DNA of 64,000 nucleotides from Podarcis erhardii (GCA_964252035.1 OZ176207.1); one strand, 5' to 3'; positions 46,773-61,576 are shown, counted from the first letter of the stretch. Notes: generated by a model not told the origin, from the sequence alone. Numbers and translations: made by a program.

Positions 46773-49299
46773 AGTGTAGAACAAGGTTATGTTCATGATA
46801 CTTGCCAGTTTTCCAATCAGCAGCACCAAAACATGGACAGGTTTTTCCCCCTTGAGGCTGAACTGCACATTCAGCAAAATCATGAATTGTTTTGGAGAAG
46901 CACACTGTGAATCAAGAAATAATGCCTTCAGTTCCTAATTTGGCTCATCAAATCACAGTAGCATTTGTTATCATTTAGATTACTTGTTTAAATAAGTCTA
47001 ACCTTGAGGAGCTACGTTGCTGCCCATAGTGTTGTTTAAGGCAAGAACAGCTAAACAGTCTATGCAAAGTTATGTGCTTAATAATTCAAGCGCTGCTTCA
47101 TCCACAGATTGCTTGCATGTGCTTCTGTGACCTCCCAATTTAGGACATCAACGTATGTATTCCAGAGCCCCTCTGGAATAGATTCTTTTGAACTCCCCCA
47201 GTGTCAGCAAGTATTGTAATAGAAAGGCTGCTTTCTTCAGGTTTGCAGAGCAGAGGGGTATATCAAATGCACAATGGGTGAAGTCATTTTACTAAAGTGT
47301 TCTTGGGAAATGCTTTGCATGAACCCAATTATGTCACGGTGGGCACCCTTGTTCTCCTGAGACATGCATTTCAGCATGCTGACCTACTAGTACAGGAATG
47401 TGGCTCTCCCTTCAGCATTTCCGTAGCCTGACTTGACATTTCGTATGCCACAAATCAGGCACTCCAGCCGATTCCACCAAAGAAAATATTGTCCGCAGTC
47501 TGGGAGAGCTTTAGGTAATTAGCAACTGTGGCAGAAGAACAAGGTCACTGCTTGTCACGTGATCTTTCTGCGTTTAGCTGTTAAGAACAGTAGATGCTGC
47601 AGTTCGTGATGTATCAGGTTCTTAAGTAGATAAGAACTGAGGCAGGAATGAAAACTGAGGAGAAACGAGAGGTCTAAACTCAGCTATTTCTTTTGTCAGG
47701 CTAGCCCACACCAATGTGCTCTTTCCTATCTTGAGATCTGTTTCACAACTTAGAGGGAGGGGGTGGAAAATATGTCAATGTTAAAAACAAAACAAAACAA
47801 AATGTTACGTCTGTAAAAATAGGGCAATAGCGTAACAATACAGCATGCATGTTTCTTATTCTATTCATCTTTTTGTCTGATAACTATAAAATTCTGAGCT
47901 TGTTGGGATGTAGTCAGTGTAGCAAAATGTTCCATCAATGCAAGGAATTCCCCTTGCTCAACATAATGTTCTTCCCCTCCCCTTCCCCAGCATGCACCCA
48001 AAATCTATTCAGATTTGGGGTGGGGCAAATGTGGGGTAGAAGAGGGGGTAGAAGAGTGTGTTAGCACTAGTGTAAATGTTTAGTTGAATGCTGCCCACTG
48101 GTTCCTGCCAAGTCATCTGAAGACTTTTAAGAAAAACAGAGCCCTCACCTTGCCCCCAGGAGCTATTTTCAGAAATACGTTGGTGGCCTTTGGAAGGAAT
48201 CTAAGAGTTAGGAAGATCTTTTGTTCCCTGACAGGACCAGGGAACAAGTGTTACCTTTCAAATTCCAGTACAGTCAAGCATGCAGCGGAATGAAATCGTC
48301 ATGAGTGAAAAGGAAACAGTTTGAATACTTCTAAACTTGAAAGCAAACAAGTTAGCCCTGAAATCCTAAACACACTTACTAAGGAGCAGGTATGTTAGAG
48401 AATCCTGTCAGAAATGGAAACATGTCTGAGAACAGGAGTAGAAATCATGAAAATGAATATGAGCAGCTTTCACTAACTTATGTTCTTAGGTGTTTTCCAC
48501 TATCATTTTCCAGTGATTCTACAGAAAATTGCTCTTTAATACTTCAGGACAGCAACTGTTCTTAAGACACGTATATTTGCTACTAAGCATTAATTTCATG
48601 CTGGTGTTTTTGATATACTTTCTGACCTTTACTCCTAACCCTCCAATAGATGACATAATGATCAGCTATCTGAAACATTGCCATTAACAGGGTATTCAAA
48701 CTTGGTTGATGCTACTATAAGATTAGAAGTAAAAGCAAACAAATTGAATTAGGTCTAACATTTATTTAAAGAGCTTTAATTGTCCCCAATGACTACATAT
48801 TAGTGTTTGCCTGTGCTGTCCTTTCTAGCCTGAGATCACACCTATGCTACTGCTGATGCTAGTTTATTTTCTTCTAATGGGCAAAGGTACAAATAAAGCC
48901 CTTCAGAAGGAAAAGATGTGCTTGCTGTATCTTGAAGTGGAGAAAAGGTGAAAAGTGGCTCGTAATCCCATTCCTTCAGTCAGCATGTGGCAGACCTTCC
49001 TGAAACCACCTCTGCTCCTTCTCCAATTTCTGTAGACAACAAGATCAGTTCAAGAGCTACCTTTATAAGCTCTGTCATGCAGCCCGGATACAACAGCTCA
49101 GTACAGCTATAGCTCAATTGTGAGTTCTTCGGCTACTCTCCATATTGGCTCTTGTTACTATGTTGTATTGGTCCCATTCCTTGTATGAGGACCAGTGTCA
49201 AGGGAAGGAATTGTCTGGCAGTTGCTGAGGCCCACACCTCACCAGGGCCCAATGTTCACCCTTGGAACTCCTTGGCCCTGCTCTCCCTTCCTCACTCTA

Positions 49300-49690
49300 C
49301 AGGAAGGACCATAGCTTAGTGTTAAAGAAGGTTCTTCTCATGTTCTTATGCTCTATCAGTGCAATGGCCCATCTAGTCCAGCAGCCTGTCCTCACAGTGG
49401 CCACCCAGATGCCTTTGAGAAACCCTCAAGCAGAACCCATGCATAAAAGCACTCTTCCTGTCTTGTGGTTCCCAGCAATTTGTATTCAGAAGCAATATAG
49501 CCTCCAACCATAGAAGCAGAGCCAAGCCATTGTGGCTAGCAGCCATCGGCAGCCTTCTCCATGAATTTGTCCAGTCCTCTTTTATAGCTACATAAGTTGA
49601 TGGTCATCCCTGCCTCCTGTGAGAACAAGTTCCACAATTTAGCAGTGTACTACGTAAAAGAGTCATTTCATTTATCTGTCCTGCATGCAA
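49300..49690 (-). mobile_element. CR1 3' fragment
   Basis: atggcccatctagtccagcagcctgtcctcacagtggccacccagatgcc...gaacaagttccacaatttag. Confidence 0.65.
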
Positions 49691-52600
49691 GCATCTGCCT
49701 TCCTTGCATGCTGTTTCCAGTCAGAATACACAACAATGAGTCAGATGGACCAATGGCCTCACTCAGTAAAAGGCAGCTTCCTAAGTCCTCATGTTCACTT
49801 GCCCTCTGAGTGCACAAGCAATGTCAAGAGCAAGATGAAGGAGAACAGCAGCCTCTGTTTCTCTTGATTTCTCCCTCTAGATTAGTTTGGCCACCATTCT
49901 GCCTTCAGGTGTCATTGGACTGCAGCTCTGATGATCTCTGCTCACCTGGAGAAAACCAGGTTGGCTACATCTGCTTGGCCAAAGAATGGACAGTTGTGAC
50001 AATGGCAAGCGGGTGGCTCCATTGAGGCCACCTTGTCCAAAGTCTTCCCCTCCAAAAGAAATATGGTAGCCAACGGCTCTGTGCTAGCAGTAAGAAATGA
50101 GTGTGGGTGGGGATTCAAGGTGGAAGAGTTATACTGGAGAGATTCTCAGTTTTGTGATTGAGGGTCCATAGTTACAATGTCTTCAGACTTCAGAGCCTGC
50201 TCACAGGACCCATAGAGTACTTGGCTCCATTGTGGCCCCAGAGACACTTGGGGTGGGATTAAAATGGCAGGTGCCAGCAGCAGCGCTTCACAGCTAGACT
50301 GGCATTTTTTCCTCATACTTCATGGAAAGGGGAGGGGAGATGGGGTGAGCCACTGCCTCTCCCAGCTTCCCCTCTGCCTTTTTTTTTTTGTGTCTGGGAA
50401 GGGGGCTTCTGGTTCTGACTTCTCACCACATAGAAAGGGGGCTTCACTGCCATGCATGGTACTGTTGCTGACCCTGCCTGTCTGGGAGGCTGTGGTTGCA
50501 TTTTATGTTGCTGATCCTGCATTGATCAGTGGGTCAGATTAGATCACTCTCAGTCTCCCTTCCAACTCTACAATACTACAACTCTATTGCAATATGATAG
50601 TCTTGCTGTTAAAGGAGCTTATGTGCATCCTCAATACAGAACATCCTTCTAGCAACAACACTGAAGCATCACTAGAAAACCTATGAATCTCCTCACACTC
50701 TGTGTTTTTCAAGTGATGGCCTTTTCCCATAAGCAAGTGGTGAGACATAGGTGCTCTAAGCAGAGCCTACTTGGAAATGTTCGATTTCCTTCCAAGGGGT
50801 GGGGGCATTATGAATTTAACTCTTCAGATTCTATTGCGTTGTTAAAGACCCACTTCTCAAGAGGAACCCAATGCCTTCCTTTTTTATGACCCATTTGAAT
50901 TTTACGGATATGAATCTGTCCTGTGGTTTAAGAGCCATCTTTATTTACACTTTGTTGCATTTATAGTAGTTAACAACCATTCTGGGTTTCATTTGGGAGG
51001 GAAAAGCATGATGGGAAATTGTCTAAATAAATAAGTTGTCAAGGCTACAGAAGGTCCTTGATTTGACCTCACTCGAGTCACACATTGCAAAGAATTTCCA
51101 GTCTTATGGTGGCATAGTGAATTTAATTATGGGAGAGAAAGATTGACTTAGGGCAGGTGAAATTAAATACAGGCGACTCAGCAGCATTAAAGCTCGTTTT
51201 TGCTCTGTCCTCATTGAAGTTACCAGTTGTGCCTGCAAGACGTTTTGTTGCCGAAGGGATCCAGTTCTGCACGATTCACAGTTTGAAGTCATAAAGACTG
51301 CAGAGTATTATTATTTGTAGAACAATTGCACTATAGGTGTCTTTGAAGAAGGGGAGACTCAAAGTTGCCATTAAAGCTCTTGGATTTCAAATTGGTGGAG
51401 GACGAGCAAATCTCACTCATGGCTGAAGATAAACGCATCCTCAAATGCCACCCACACTTTAATCAGACAAAACTATTTATGCCAGTTAATATGAGCTGCA
51501 CATTCAACCGATAAAAAGATGAATGGATATTTCTTGCCCTGAAAGCCAACCCAGTAAGAACATAGGAAGATCCTGCAAGATCAGGCCTGTGATTCATCTA
51601 AACAAAGATGATCAAGGGTCTGGAAACTAAGCCTTGAAGGAGCTGGATATATTTAGCCCGGAAAAGAGACCGAGAGGAGATATGATCGCCATCTAGGTTG
51701 TCCTCCTCATACAGAGCTGCATTTCCCAGCACTCTTAGCAAACTAAACTTCCCAGGATTCTTTGCAGGGAAAATGTGCTTTCAGCATAAAGCAGATGAAG
51801 GCACAAGTGACTGAAATTAAGAATGTGGAAAATGTAAATGTCATTAAATCATATTCTGAGTGAGAACTAAAAAAACCCGACCACATCCCTCACTTAGATG
51901 CCTCCCAGTAACTTTACTCAGCCAATTTTTTAAGGTAGGAAGAATATTCATCCAAAGTAATATTGTGAAAGGGTCTTAATATAGTAGCATTGTACAGATT
52001 GCAGGGTCATCTCAGGACATTTTGCTGCCTGAGGTGAAGAAGCAAATGGTACCCCTCACCATTAAGCTACATACTAGTACCCAAGACCAGCTAAATTATT
52101 TTGATACCTGAGGCAGAGTATTCCCCAAGCACTACTCCCTCTTTCTGGCAATAACAAACACACATGCACAACAATAAATTTAATAGCTAACATTTTGCTG
52201 CCCTTTCATGACACTCAAACTGAGCTGCCTGAGGTGGCTGCCTCACTCTGCCTAATGACAGAGTTCTATCACAGTCTCACAGTAGATTTGCTGTTTTCAA
52301 GATCTGGAGAGCTAATATCTTACCACATAGGTCACTTTTACAAGGCCAATTTAACCTGGTAAACATTGTGGGGGACAAGTCTTGCAAAAATATGTTTTAT
52401 GTTTTTGCAATGCTGAAACGAAGGTGCATGTCAAGAAAAATGCAGTTTGCAGATTTGAAAAGCAACACTTGTGATCATGTTTGTGTTTATTTAGTATCTT
52501 TGGAAGGAATTTAATGACATAACCTCTCTCCCCATCCCCTCTTTTCATATTGATGACTCACTTTTTGGAGAGTAACAAGACTTTATGAGAGCTGGTCGTG

Positions 52601-53517
52601 TCAGCTTTTATCTCTGTCAGGAAGGACAAGGAAAGGAATCCAGGAATGCGTGGCACTTGACTCCCCCACATTATTATCTGTAATGGAAAGCTTTAATGGG
52701 GTCCAAAGGTTTTGACTGTGAAACTGAGCTACAGCTAAAACAGGAGGTCTACCTTTTCATTGTGACATTTAACTAGAAAGCTGATTAATCACATGGTGGA
52801 ATTGTTCATGAATGATTCTGGGTAATCAATTGAGTTGTTGTAAACTTCATTTGTTGTAAAATTCATTTGTTGTTTTATGGAACGTGTGAAATGTACATTG
52901 CATATAAGCTGTTTTGGTGAATGAAAAAATTATTTGGGTTCTAAACGAATTACTTTGGCAATACTTCCCCCCCTCCATTTTATTTGACTCAAATTCACTG
53001 ATGTCTGTCGGGCTGTTCTAGAGCAGCTGGCTTGTGGTTCTTCAGGGGTCCCCCCCCCATTTTTATCCCTTGATTGGATCACACATAGGGTTTTTTTTGA
53101 GGATTTTTAGTTAGAATTGTCACCACAAGATATGGGTTGGCAAATCTATCATCTTTGGTTTCTCTCAATTTTTCTGATCAAAAATTCAGTTCTCCACATC
53201 AGTTCGTAATTTTTAGAAAATGTCCTCATGAAAATTCACCAGCATTTCCATGCCAATTTCTCCTAATATACATTTTTTGTATAATATACAAAATATATAC
53301 ATCTTTGCAAAATAAATTTCTGTGATATTTTGTACTGCTTTAATTTTTTTAATGTTCTTATATTGTTATCCATTGTTCTGTTGTTTTATAAGAGGGTGGT
53401 TTATAAAAACTTTTATTTTAAAAATAAATGATAGAATTAATTTTTACATGCTATTTATACTTATATATGCATTCTTATGCAGACTTTCTCATAACGTATG
53501 AATTTTAGAATACATTA

Positions 53518-53652
53518 AAAAGGGTAAAGGGGACCCCCCGACCATTAGGTCCAGTCGTGGCTGACTCTGGGATTGCGGCGCTCATCTCGCTTTATTGGCC
53601 AAGGGAGCCAGCGTACAGCTTCCGGGTCATGTGGCCTGCATGACTAAGCCGC
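53518..53652 (-). mobile_element. Sauria SINE 3' half
   Basis: Sauria body; 13-bp TSD ttagaatacatta (53505-53517 / 53653-53665). Confidence 0.9.
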
Positions 53653-54571
53653 TTAGAATACATTACTTGGCTGGAAAATTGCATGACAAAAAAATGCTTT
53701 TTGTTTCTAAATAATGATATGCTTATATATATAGAGGGGCGGAAATACTTCCCTTCTTCCAAAAATGAACTACGGTAATTTCAAAGACAAAAGTGAATGG
53801 AAATTCAAATATTTCTGTAGGATATTCATATTCATAAATTCTCTGTATGTTTTAGTCAACATTTGTTTTGTACAAAATCAATTAACTTGTCAAAATTGAC
53901 ATATTGTTGTTCAATCGCTAAAACTGCTGATCTCTTTAAATGATTTTGAGAAATAGTACAACATAATTAATTTTTGACTCTTTTAAGGGTGTCGAACTAT
54001 CACTGATTGCATTTAGTATGGGTTTCTTTAAAAAATTGTCTCTACATTCGTAAATATAGCACTCGAAGCCTCAATAATGAGCTTGTAAAGTTCAGTGGGA
54101 GACTTTCATAATATATCTGTAGGTGTGTTTCAAAGGTGTGCTTTCAGTTAATGATGTGTACTGTACTAATAATTCAGGGGCGCTACTTCTGCGCATCCAT
54201 TGCTGTATAGGTAATGTATTTGCCTGGTGGGAGGCAATTCACAGGCTGTGAATTCCACATGGAAGGAGATTAATCTTGTCAGGTACTACTTAAGCCTTGT
54301 TCTCCTGCACACCATCCCACTCCTGGTACTTAAATAAGTTGTTGGTATATTTGGTGCAATTGTTCTCACATTTGTATCATATCACCTTTCTAGCTCCTTT
54401 TCTCTATGGCAAAATAATATGAGACTCAGCCCACTGCTTTCTCTCTAGTTCTTGGGAGTTCTTCCAACAAAAAAACTTTAAAAAGATCTTCCAAGGATCA
54501 GGGGGCTTCAATGAATAATCCTCTTTCGGAGCTAATTTCATTATGTATGGGCTTTTGGGACAGCCTATGTG

Positions 54572-54573
<2 letters not shown>

Positions 54574-54610
<37 letters not shown>
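54574..54610. repeat. (CA)n microsatellite
   Basis: Directly visible. Confidence 0.95.
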
Positions 54611-54612
<2 letters not shown>

Positions 54613-55826
54613 TCAATAAATGCATGAGAAAAATGAGACAACCTAATTCTGAACAAATCAACTTTAATTGCCACAGTGTAAACAGAAATTGGCATCACAG
54701 CCACCTACCCACCCTAAGTATGCATGCTACACATGAGAAAAAGGGCAGAGGGATGGCACTGTTGTTCTTGGTTCTAAGATGATGGAAAGACCAGTTGGTT
54801 GCAATACTAATGATTAGGCCAGGTTAGGGGAAACTGAACCTCCGGATGCTGCCAAACTAACTCCCACCAGCTCCAACAAACATGGTCAATGGCCAGAGAT
54901 GGTGGGAGTTGTAGTTCAGAAAAATCTGGAGGGCCAATGATTCCCCACTCATGGATATGGTCATTTGTCCTTCTGGAAAGATCAGGAGCAAATTGCATGA
55001 CTGAATTGGATAAGTTCATGGAAAACAGGTCTATCCACTGCTGTTAACCACAATAGATAAATGAAATGTAACAAAGCAATCTATTTCATGCCCCATTTGT
55101 GAAGTTCTAGGCCAGGGGAAGCTAACATGGTGCCCTACTGGTGTTATTGGACTACAACTCCTATCATCTCTGACCACTGGCCATGCTTGCAGGGGCCAAT
55201 AGGAGCTGCAGTCCAGAAGTCTCTGAAGGGCTATTCCTGTTCTCGTCTCTAGTAGAGTTGCCCAGTGTGATGCCCTCTAGATGTGGTTGAAATTGCAAAT
55301 CCCATAATCCCTGCTCATTGGTCATGGATGTCAAGGGTGATGGAAGTTGGCATCCAACAACAGCTGGAGGGCACCACCTTGGCTTGACTTCATTTGGAGC
55401 ACTCTTCGCCAACCTTGTGCCATAGAAATGGTGAGAGTTGGGATCCATCAACATTTGAAGGGTCCTAGATTGCAGGAGACTGATCCAGAGACACTTGGCT
55501 GGCAACTCTTGGAAGATTGGTCTAGTTGTGATTTGGGGCCTGTTTCAACAAGGACATACTTAGGTTGTCCAACTTGGCATCCACTGCCAACACAGTGCCT
55601 TCCAGATGTTGTTGGACTACTTTAATCCCATGTTAGTTGGGGATGGTGGGAGTTGTAATCCAACAACACCTAGGGGGCACCTTGCAGGTGATCATCCTGA
55701 CTTGGGAGCTGAGGCTGGAAAGCCGGATGATATTGGGGGCAGGCCCAGTGGCGCAGCCCTACTTCGCTTTTGGTAAGTGGATTCCCTTCATGTGAGCATC
55801 ATGGAAAGGCAATATTGACTCTCTGT

Positions 55827-56428
55827 TGTGATGGCCTGGGATTCGGACTCAGAGGCTGAACCTGAGGAATCCCAGCCTGCACAGGATTCCCTGCCTCCAG
55901 AACCAGCTGAGCCGGGGCATGAGCCTGAAGGGTCCTCACCTGTGCTGGATCCTCAGGTGCAGGCACCAGCTGAGTCTGCTCTGGCCCCTGAGGTGATGGA
56001 GGACCCATTGCCTGCAGGTGCTCCACTCTCAGCCCCGTCAGGGGAAGCTGAGGTTGCCTCTGGGTCCGGTAACCCTCCAGCCTCTCCTGAGCTGCAGAGG
56101 CTCAGGGCAGAGAGGCGGAGGGAACTAAGTTCCTGCAGGAGGAGTGCTTGCCTTCAGGCCAGGAGAGGCGAGTCACCAGAGGATTGGGGCCGTCCTATGC
56201 CTCAGGGCAGATAAAGCCAGTCAGCCCCAGTCCCAGGTTGCGGGAGCAACGTTGTTGCTAGCCTGTTCCTGCCTACACCCTGTCCTGCTCTTCTGCCAGA
56301 GTTCCTGACCCCACCCGACTCCCTGCTTTGGACCCAGCTACAGCTTTGATGGACAGCCTCCATACCGCACCATCAACCTCGGACTGGACTCGGACCTCGC
56401 CTCTCGGTTAGCCCCCGGGACCAGCACA
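55827..56428 (+). mobile_element. 602-bp solo LTR, second copy of the ORF-bearing family
   Basis: TGTGA...CACA termini, 5-bp TSD TCTGT (55822-55826 / 56429-56433). Confidence 0.85.
55831..56214 (+). CDS. Putative LTR-encoded protein (127 aa), homolog of 13575-14135
   Basis: MAWDSDSEAEPEESQPAQ...PPASPELQRLRAERRRELSSCRRSACLQARRGESP...; the stop lies inside the agataaa TATA-like motif. Confidence 0.3.
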   Translation: MAWDSDSEAEPEESQPAQDSLPPEPAEPGHEPEGSSPVLDPQVQAPAESALAPEVMEDPLPAGAPLSAPSGEAEVASGSGNPPASPELQRLRAERRRELSSCRRSACLQARRGESPEDWGRPMPQGR

Positions 56429-57534
56429 TCTGTATTCGGCAATCAAATGGGTGAATTGGGCAGTGGCCTTCATGCCACAATGTGGATCAAGTGTCACAAG
56501 CCATTTTTTGGCTTGCTGCATGTTTGGTGAATAGATGGAACATGAAGCGTTCTCAAGGGCTTGGCCAAAATGGGCTGATGCAGAGCCAGTTTGGGGTCCG
56601 TGTGAAAGTACACGAAGAGGCTCACCTTACGTTCATATGAAGAGCAGGCCTGTGTTCTTTTCTTTTCTTTTTTCCCTATCAGAGTAAAAAAGCTGGGTGA
56701 TAAAGGGGAAAGGAATCTATAATTTACTTTTAAAGGAAACTAGATAGCAGTGGACACTGGCCAGCACAGCTACAGTATTACACTGCACTCCAAACGTAAT
56801 GCCTTTCGGCCCTGGTCCTGCATTACCTTATACCTGAGATCTCTTTTAACGTCCCCTTTGAGCGTTACCCTATCCATGCAATACCTTTCGCTTAACTGTA
56901 AATACTGCATCTGGTGGCATTACTGGAAAGGGAGAGAAGAGTGGGAAATAAAATGCAACCACATCAGTTTCCTGAACATGAAACCTTGAAAACTTTCTCA
57001 GCAGTGCGAATGGGCAAGTTTCCGAGTAGAAGGTGAGATGGAAGTCAGCCTCAGATGGTAAGACACAAAGGAACTGGGGGCTTATCTTTCATTAATAGAT
57101 GCCGGGCTTTCCAAAAATCATACGGCTATAAATAACTCTGAATAACAAAGCACCCTCTTCTTTTGCAGTTTGGAGACTGATTTATGTCAGGAAGGCAGCT
57201 ACTTTAAACCAAGACGAAATGGACAGCTGTGGCAAAGGCTACGATATTTCACAGACAAATTCCAAACAGATTGTGGGGCTTTCAGAATCTCATTCTGTAT
57301 CAGCACGCACCTCACTATGGAACCTATCCTTACAAGCCAGTGACAGAAATCATGCGCATATTTCTCCCAGATATCTATCTCTAGATAACTAGAAAAGTAA
57401 TTCTGTTGCTGGGCACAATTCTGCTCTTTCCAGCACACTGAAAGCAGTGTGTATTTATCCAAAAGCCAGCTATATACTGTAATCCCCAAGCTGGCCCTTG
57501 GCTGAGTGTGTGTTATTAATATAAGTAATATAAT

Positions 57535-58330
57535 TATTAAATTTGTATACTTGCCCTTCACCTGAAGATCTCAGGGCTGTTCACAACATAAAAAGACAAA
57601 ATGAGAACACGAAATACACTATAAAACTACAACAAAACAAACCCAATAACCCCTCCTCCCACAAGGTCATAGAATGTTCCATCAGCCAAAGGCCTGATTA
57701 TAAAAAACATTTTCAACTGACACCTAAAAATATGTAATGAAAGCACCAGGTGAGCTTCCCTGGGGAGAGCATTCCATAAGTGGGAAGCCACTGCTGAAAA
57801 GACCCATTTACATGTTGCTGTCCTCTGGGCCTCAGAGTGTCTCAGAGGATGATTGCAGAGTTCGGGTTGGTTCATATGGAGAGAGGAGGTCCTTGAGGTA
57901 TTTAAGGCTTTATAGGTAAAAAATCAGCACTTTGAATTGGACCTGGCAACTAACTGGCAGCCAGTGCAGTTGGGCCAGGGTCAGTATGTAATATGCTCCA
58001 ACCATCTTACTCCAGTGAGCAACCTGGCCTCTGAATTCTGCACCAGCTGAAGTTTCCGAACCATCTTCAGAGGCAGCCCCATGTATAACGTGTTGCAGTA
58101 ATCTAACCTAATCAACTGGTGGGTTTGGCCTGGGGAGGGGTCTGGCCTAGGTAGAGTCCTGAGGACCACCCTTGGAGGCTGCATTCTGTCCCCAGGACTG
58201 AGGTCCCCCACCCCTGAGGTGGCTAGGCCAATGGTCTCATTCAGTACAAGGCAGCTTTCTAGATTCTTAAACCGCACTCGCTGTTGCTTACTGTAATCTC
58301 CACTCACCTAGCAGCTAATGGTCACATAAC
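57535..58330 (-). mobile_element. L2 LINE 3' fragment, decayed, with an internal unrelated insert (about 58110-58305)
   Basis: [31 protein letters not shown]...EHIT and an L2 3' UTR. Confidence 0.75.
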
Positions 58331-59029
58331 ACACCCAGTGCTGAAGCCTGGGGTGGTGTTTATGGCTGCTCAAGCTCATAAACAGCAAACTGCAAAAACA
58401 ATCCTGCTGACTTTGCAGTAGGGACTCTAGAAAATAATTAGCTCTAATAGCCCTGTCCAGACGGACACTTTATATTGACATGTTAAAGAGCAAACTACCT
58501 ACCAGCAAAAACACACATTATACCTAAGAGAGGGGGGTTGTATTCTGTACTCCCGCACACACATACTGTGCATTGTACTCAGTGGGAAGCTATTATCATT
58601 CTTTAATTGCATTCTTTAATTTTGTTTTTACCTTTGAAAAAAAAACCAATGCAAAATCTCTCACATGGTGCTTAGACGAGCTCTATTTCTAGAATTTAAT
58701 TACAAAAGGAAACCAGTGCACAAAATGTCGGATTTAGTCCAGGAAGATATTGTTCCAGGTATGGTCTCACTGGGTGACCATGGGCCAATTGCTGTTGACC
58801 TGAGTTCTCCATTCATAAAATGGAGATGAAAATGACCATACTGGTACCATGTTGTAAGGAGATATTAAAGATATGGGGGGGGGGGGCTTGTCAGGATTAT
58901 TTTCTTTCTGTATAAGAACAAGCATTAAAGAGGCCTCTTAGCCCTCTCACAGGTCTTTTATAAGACCAGTGATAATAGCTGGCCCTGGAAAATATTATCC
59001 ACTCTCAATTTTACCCATGGACTGCCATC

Positions 59030-59185
59030 TGTCCAGATTTTAATTTGCTCTGAACTAATTTTAAGATGTATTTTAATTAATTGTTTGCCTGTTTTTATGT
59101 TCTTATGTTCTTTGTATACTGTGTTAGTTTTATGATGTTAGCTGCCCTGAGCCCAGCTCCGGCCGGGGAGGGCGGGTTACAAATT

Positions 59186-59220
<35 letters not shown>

Positions 59221-59226
59221 TATCAT
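59030..59226 (+). mobile_element. L2-type 3' UTR with (ATC)n tail
   Basis: gttagctgccctgagccc...gggagggcgggttacaaat followed by (ATC)n at 59186-59226. Confidence 0.7.
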
Positions 59227-60703
59227 CTAAGCAGCCCAGGACGTCCATATACACTGCCCAGGCTTGCGCCCAGGGGAGGTCACTCCAGTGCTGTTAATGC
59301 AGTGGTTTGGCTTGACTCCTGAGGCACACTCCATTGTCTCTCGAAACAGACGGATGCCAACGGTGGGCCACAGAGTTCGATCAACCATTCTGGGGCTTCA
59401 GAATTCATGGGGGCACTCAAGATTTTAGATAGCCCTCTCTCCCTTCGTGCAATGGCTGCTGAGAGCCAGCAGAGCCTCCTCAAGCTGCCCTGAGGATAAA
59501 GACCCAGCAATGAACTTGCTGAAAATTATCACAAAGCAACGGCTCATGTATGGAGCCTGCTTTGGGCATTCCCAACGTTGTACTTTGTCTAGTGTACCTT
59601 CAGTACTGTGGCTGATCTGCTTGGCAAGAAATGAAGTCACCTCCATATCCTAGTTCAAAGAGGCTTGAGGCTCAAGCCATGCCTACGTATTAATATCAAA
59701 TGTAGCACCAAAGAGTTGGTTTGTGGCTGTCAGTGTCTCACTGAATATATGCCTGAGAACTGTGTATCATATTGATGATGATGAATCATTTCCCTCACTT
59801 TGAGGTGAACTCAAAGCAACTTACAAAAACAAATATCAATAACAAGTATAAAAACAGGAGTATAAACAACCTAAAATGTAGTATCGTAAACCGACCTATA
59901 TATCAGACTAAATTTGCCTTGCCTGAAGTGCTGTTTTTATGTCCTAATGTTTTACCCATGGTTTGGTGAACATTCAGTGATAATGTTTCTGGTGGGCGGT
60001 AATGGATTAATGGTTAAGAGCCAGTGGAATAGATGATCTTTAAGTCTCTCCTAGCCTTGTGAATTCCAGAACTCCTCTGGCTCCATGAAAACAAAAATGT
60101 ATATGTGCCCTCATATAAAAATAAGAGAAAATGTTAAGCCAAATATAAAATAGCTTTCTGTGGGAGTTATAAACAGCTATAAGTAGGACACAGCTTGTCT
60201 GTCACAATGCTGCCTTGACTAGGAAAAAGAAGGTGTGGGGTGTTTTTTTTGTTTTTGCTTTTAGATTCTCTGGTTAGATCATTAACTTCAACTTGAAATT
60301 CAGTTGCTGCCTGAGAAATCTGGTGTGTTTTCACACCTTCACCAGTAACAGAAGCCTAAAGTGACTTAGGGGCATCATTGCAATAGCCCTTCCAGAGCTC
60401 ATTTAATGACTGTGGCTAAGCTAGATCTAACCACCTGGAGGCTAAGCATGCAGCCTCTGCTTTCCTCTCCCTAACCAGAATGCTAACCCCTGTGTTTGGG
60501 GGTTGGGGAAGAAGCACAACCAAGTTACGATGTGTGTGAATGCCAGAGGCTTGCTCTATAAATGCAGCAGCGAGGGGGGGGGGGAGGAATTCTGAGGGGG
60601 TGATACCATTCCAAACTACAGAAAGAGAATGAAGTGCAAGACTTCAAATTCTCCTTCATGGGGGGAAAACAACAACTTCTTGCAAATAAAAAATGAATAC
60701 CTG

Positions 60704-61065
60704 GTAGCAGTGGCAGAGCAAGCCGATTGGGCCCCTGGGGCGGCGCGCGTGCCCTGCACCCAGGGGTGGGGCCAGCTGCCCGCAGGACAGGGCAAGTCGG
60801 AACAGAACACTCTATGGGGCCCCCAAGGAGTCTGCCTGCCTGCTCCCACTCAGCCACCCTACAAATGGGGGGAGGGCCAGTGAGCAGACTGTTTAGGGTA
60901 ATGTGGAGCCTGCAGGCGCCCAAGCCACTGCGTCACTCCCAGGAGAGATGTGTGGCTTGGGCACACTGCAGGCCCCACAGTGAGTGCCGCCTGGCATTTT
61001 GTCACCTTCCTCAGTGGTGACACCCGGGTGCCCCACCCCCACTGCACCCCCCTTCCTCCACCCCT
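60704..61065. mobile_element. GC-rich non-autonomous DNA-transposon-like element (family not assigned)
   Basis: Starts cagtggcagagcaagcc and ends ttttgtcacc..cagtggtgacacccggg...cactgcacccccc, resembling squamate cagtggcg-type MITEs; TSD not verified. Confidence 0.35.
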
Positions 61066-61576
61066 GCCCGGTAGAGAGGCCCTACTCCATCTCATTACCT
61101 ATTGTTCTTGTTCCCTATGCGAAATATTCCCTACATTCAGAGGAGCACTGTTTGTATTAACAAAGGCCTGACTGGCCTCAGTGAAAAGTTGCATGTCACC
61201 TATGGATCTGGCACATTATAGATGTGTGGGCCATTTGTGTGTCCTATTTAATTCATTTTTTTTCTTCTTGACAATCAAGCAGCCTGTGGTCTTGTGAGTG
61301 CAATCCTAACCCCCAAATGTGCAGGTCCAAAGGGGTTAGAATGGGCAGCGAGGAGTCTCACTCTCAGGGGAGATACTTACTCCAACGCCCAGTAGATCGT
61401 CTACTGCTGCATTTTTTGCTCACACTTGCCATGGTCAGGGTCTCAAAGAGAGTGTTCTGAGGGCAGGGCAGGGCTGGCCTTCAATCTGCTGGTGTAGTTA
61501 ACGGGTTTCAATAAGGGGTGGCTTTTGACACTGTGCAGTTAACGGGTTTCAATAAGGGGTGGCTTTTGACACTGTA

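Noticed and set aside
49928-49975. CUGAUGA...GAAA as a second hammerhead
   Set aside because: Stem II is only 2-3 weak pairs, the residue at the cleavage position would be G, and there is no stem I. The CUGAUGA motifs at 6748, 38344 and 62133 also lack the helices.
56682-56721. Possible terminal exon after a strong polypyrimidine tract (VKKLGDKGERNL-stop)
   Set aside because: The tract may simply be a (CTTTT)n repeat; there is no linked upstream exon and no recognisable peptide.
59280-59653. Three overlapping 68-76-aa ORFs
   Set aside because: No homology recognised and no clear splice signals; left unannotated.
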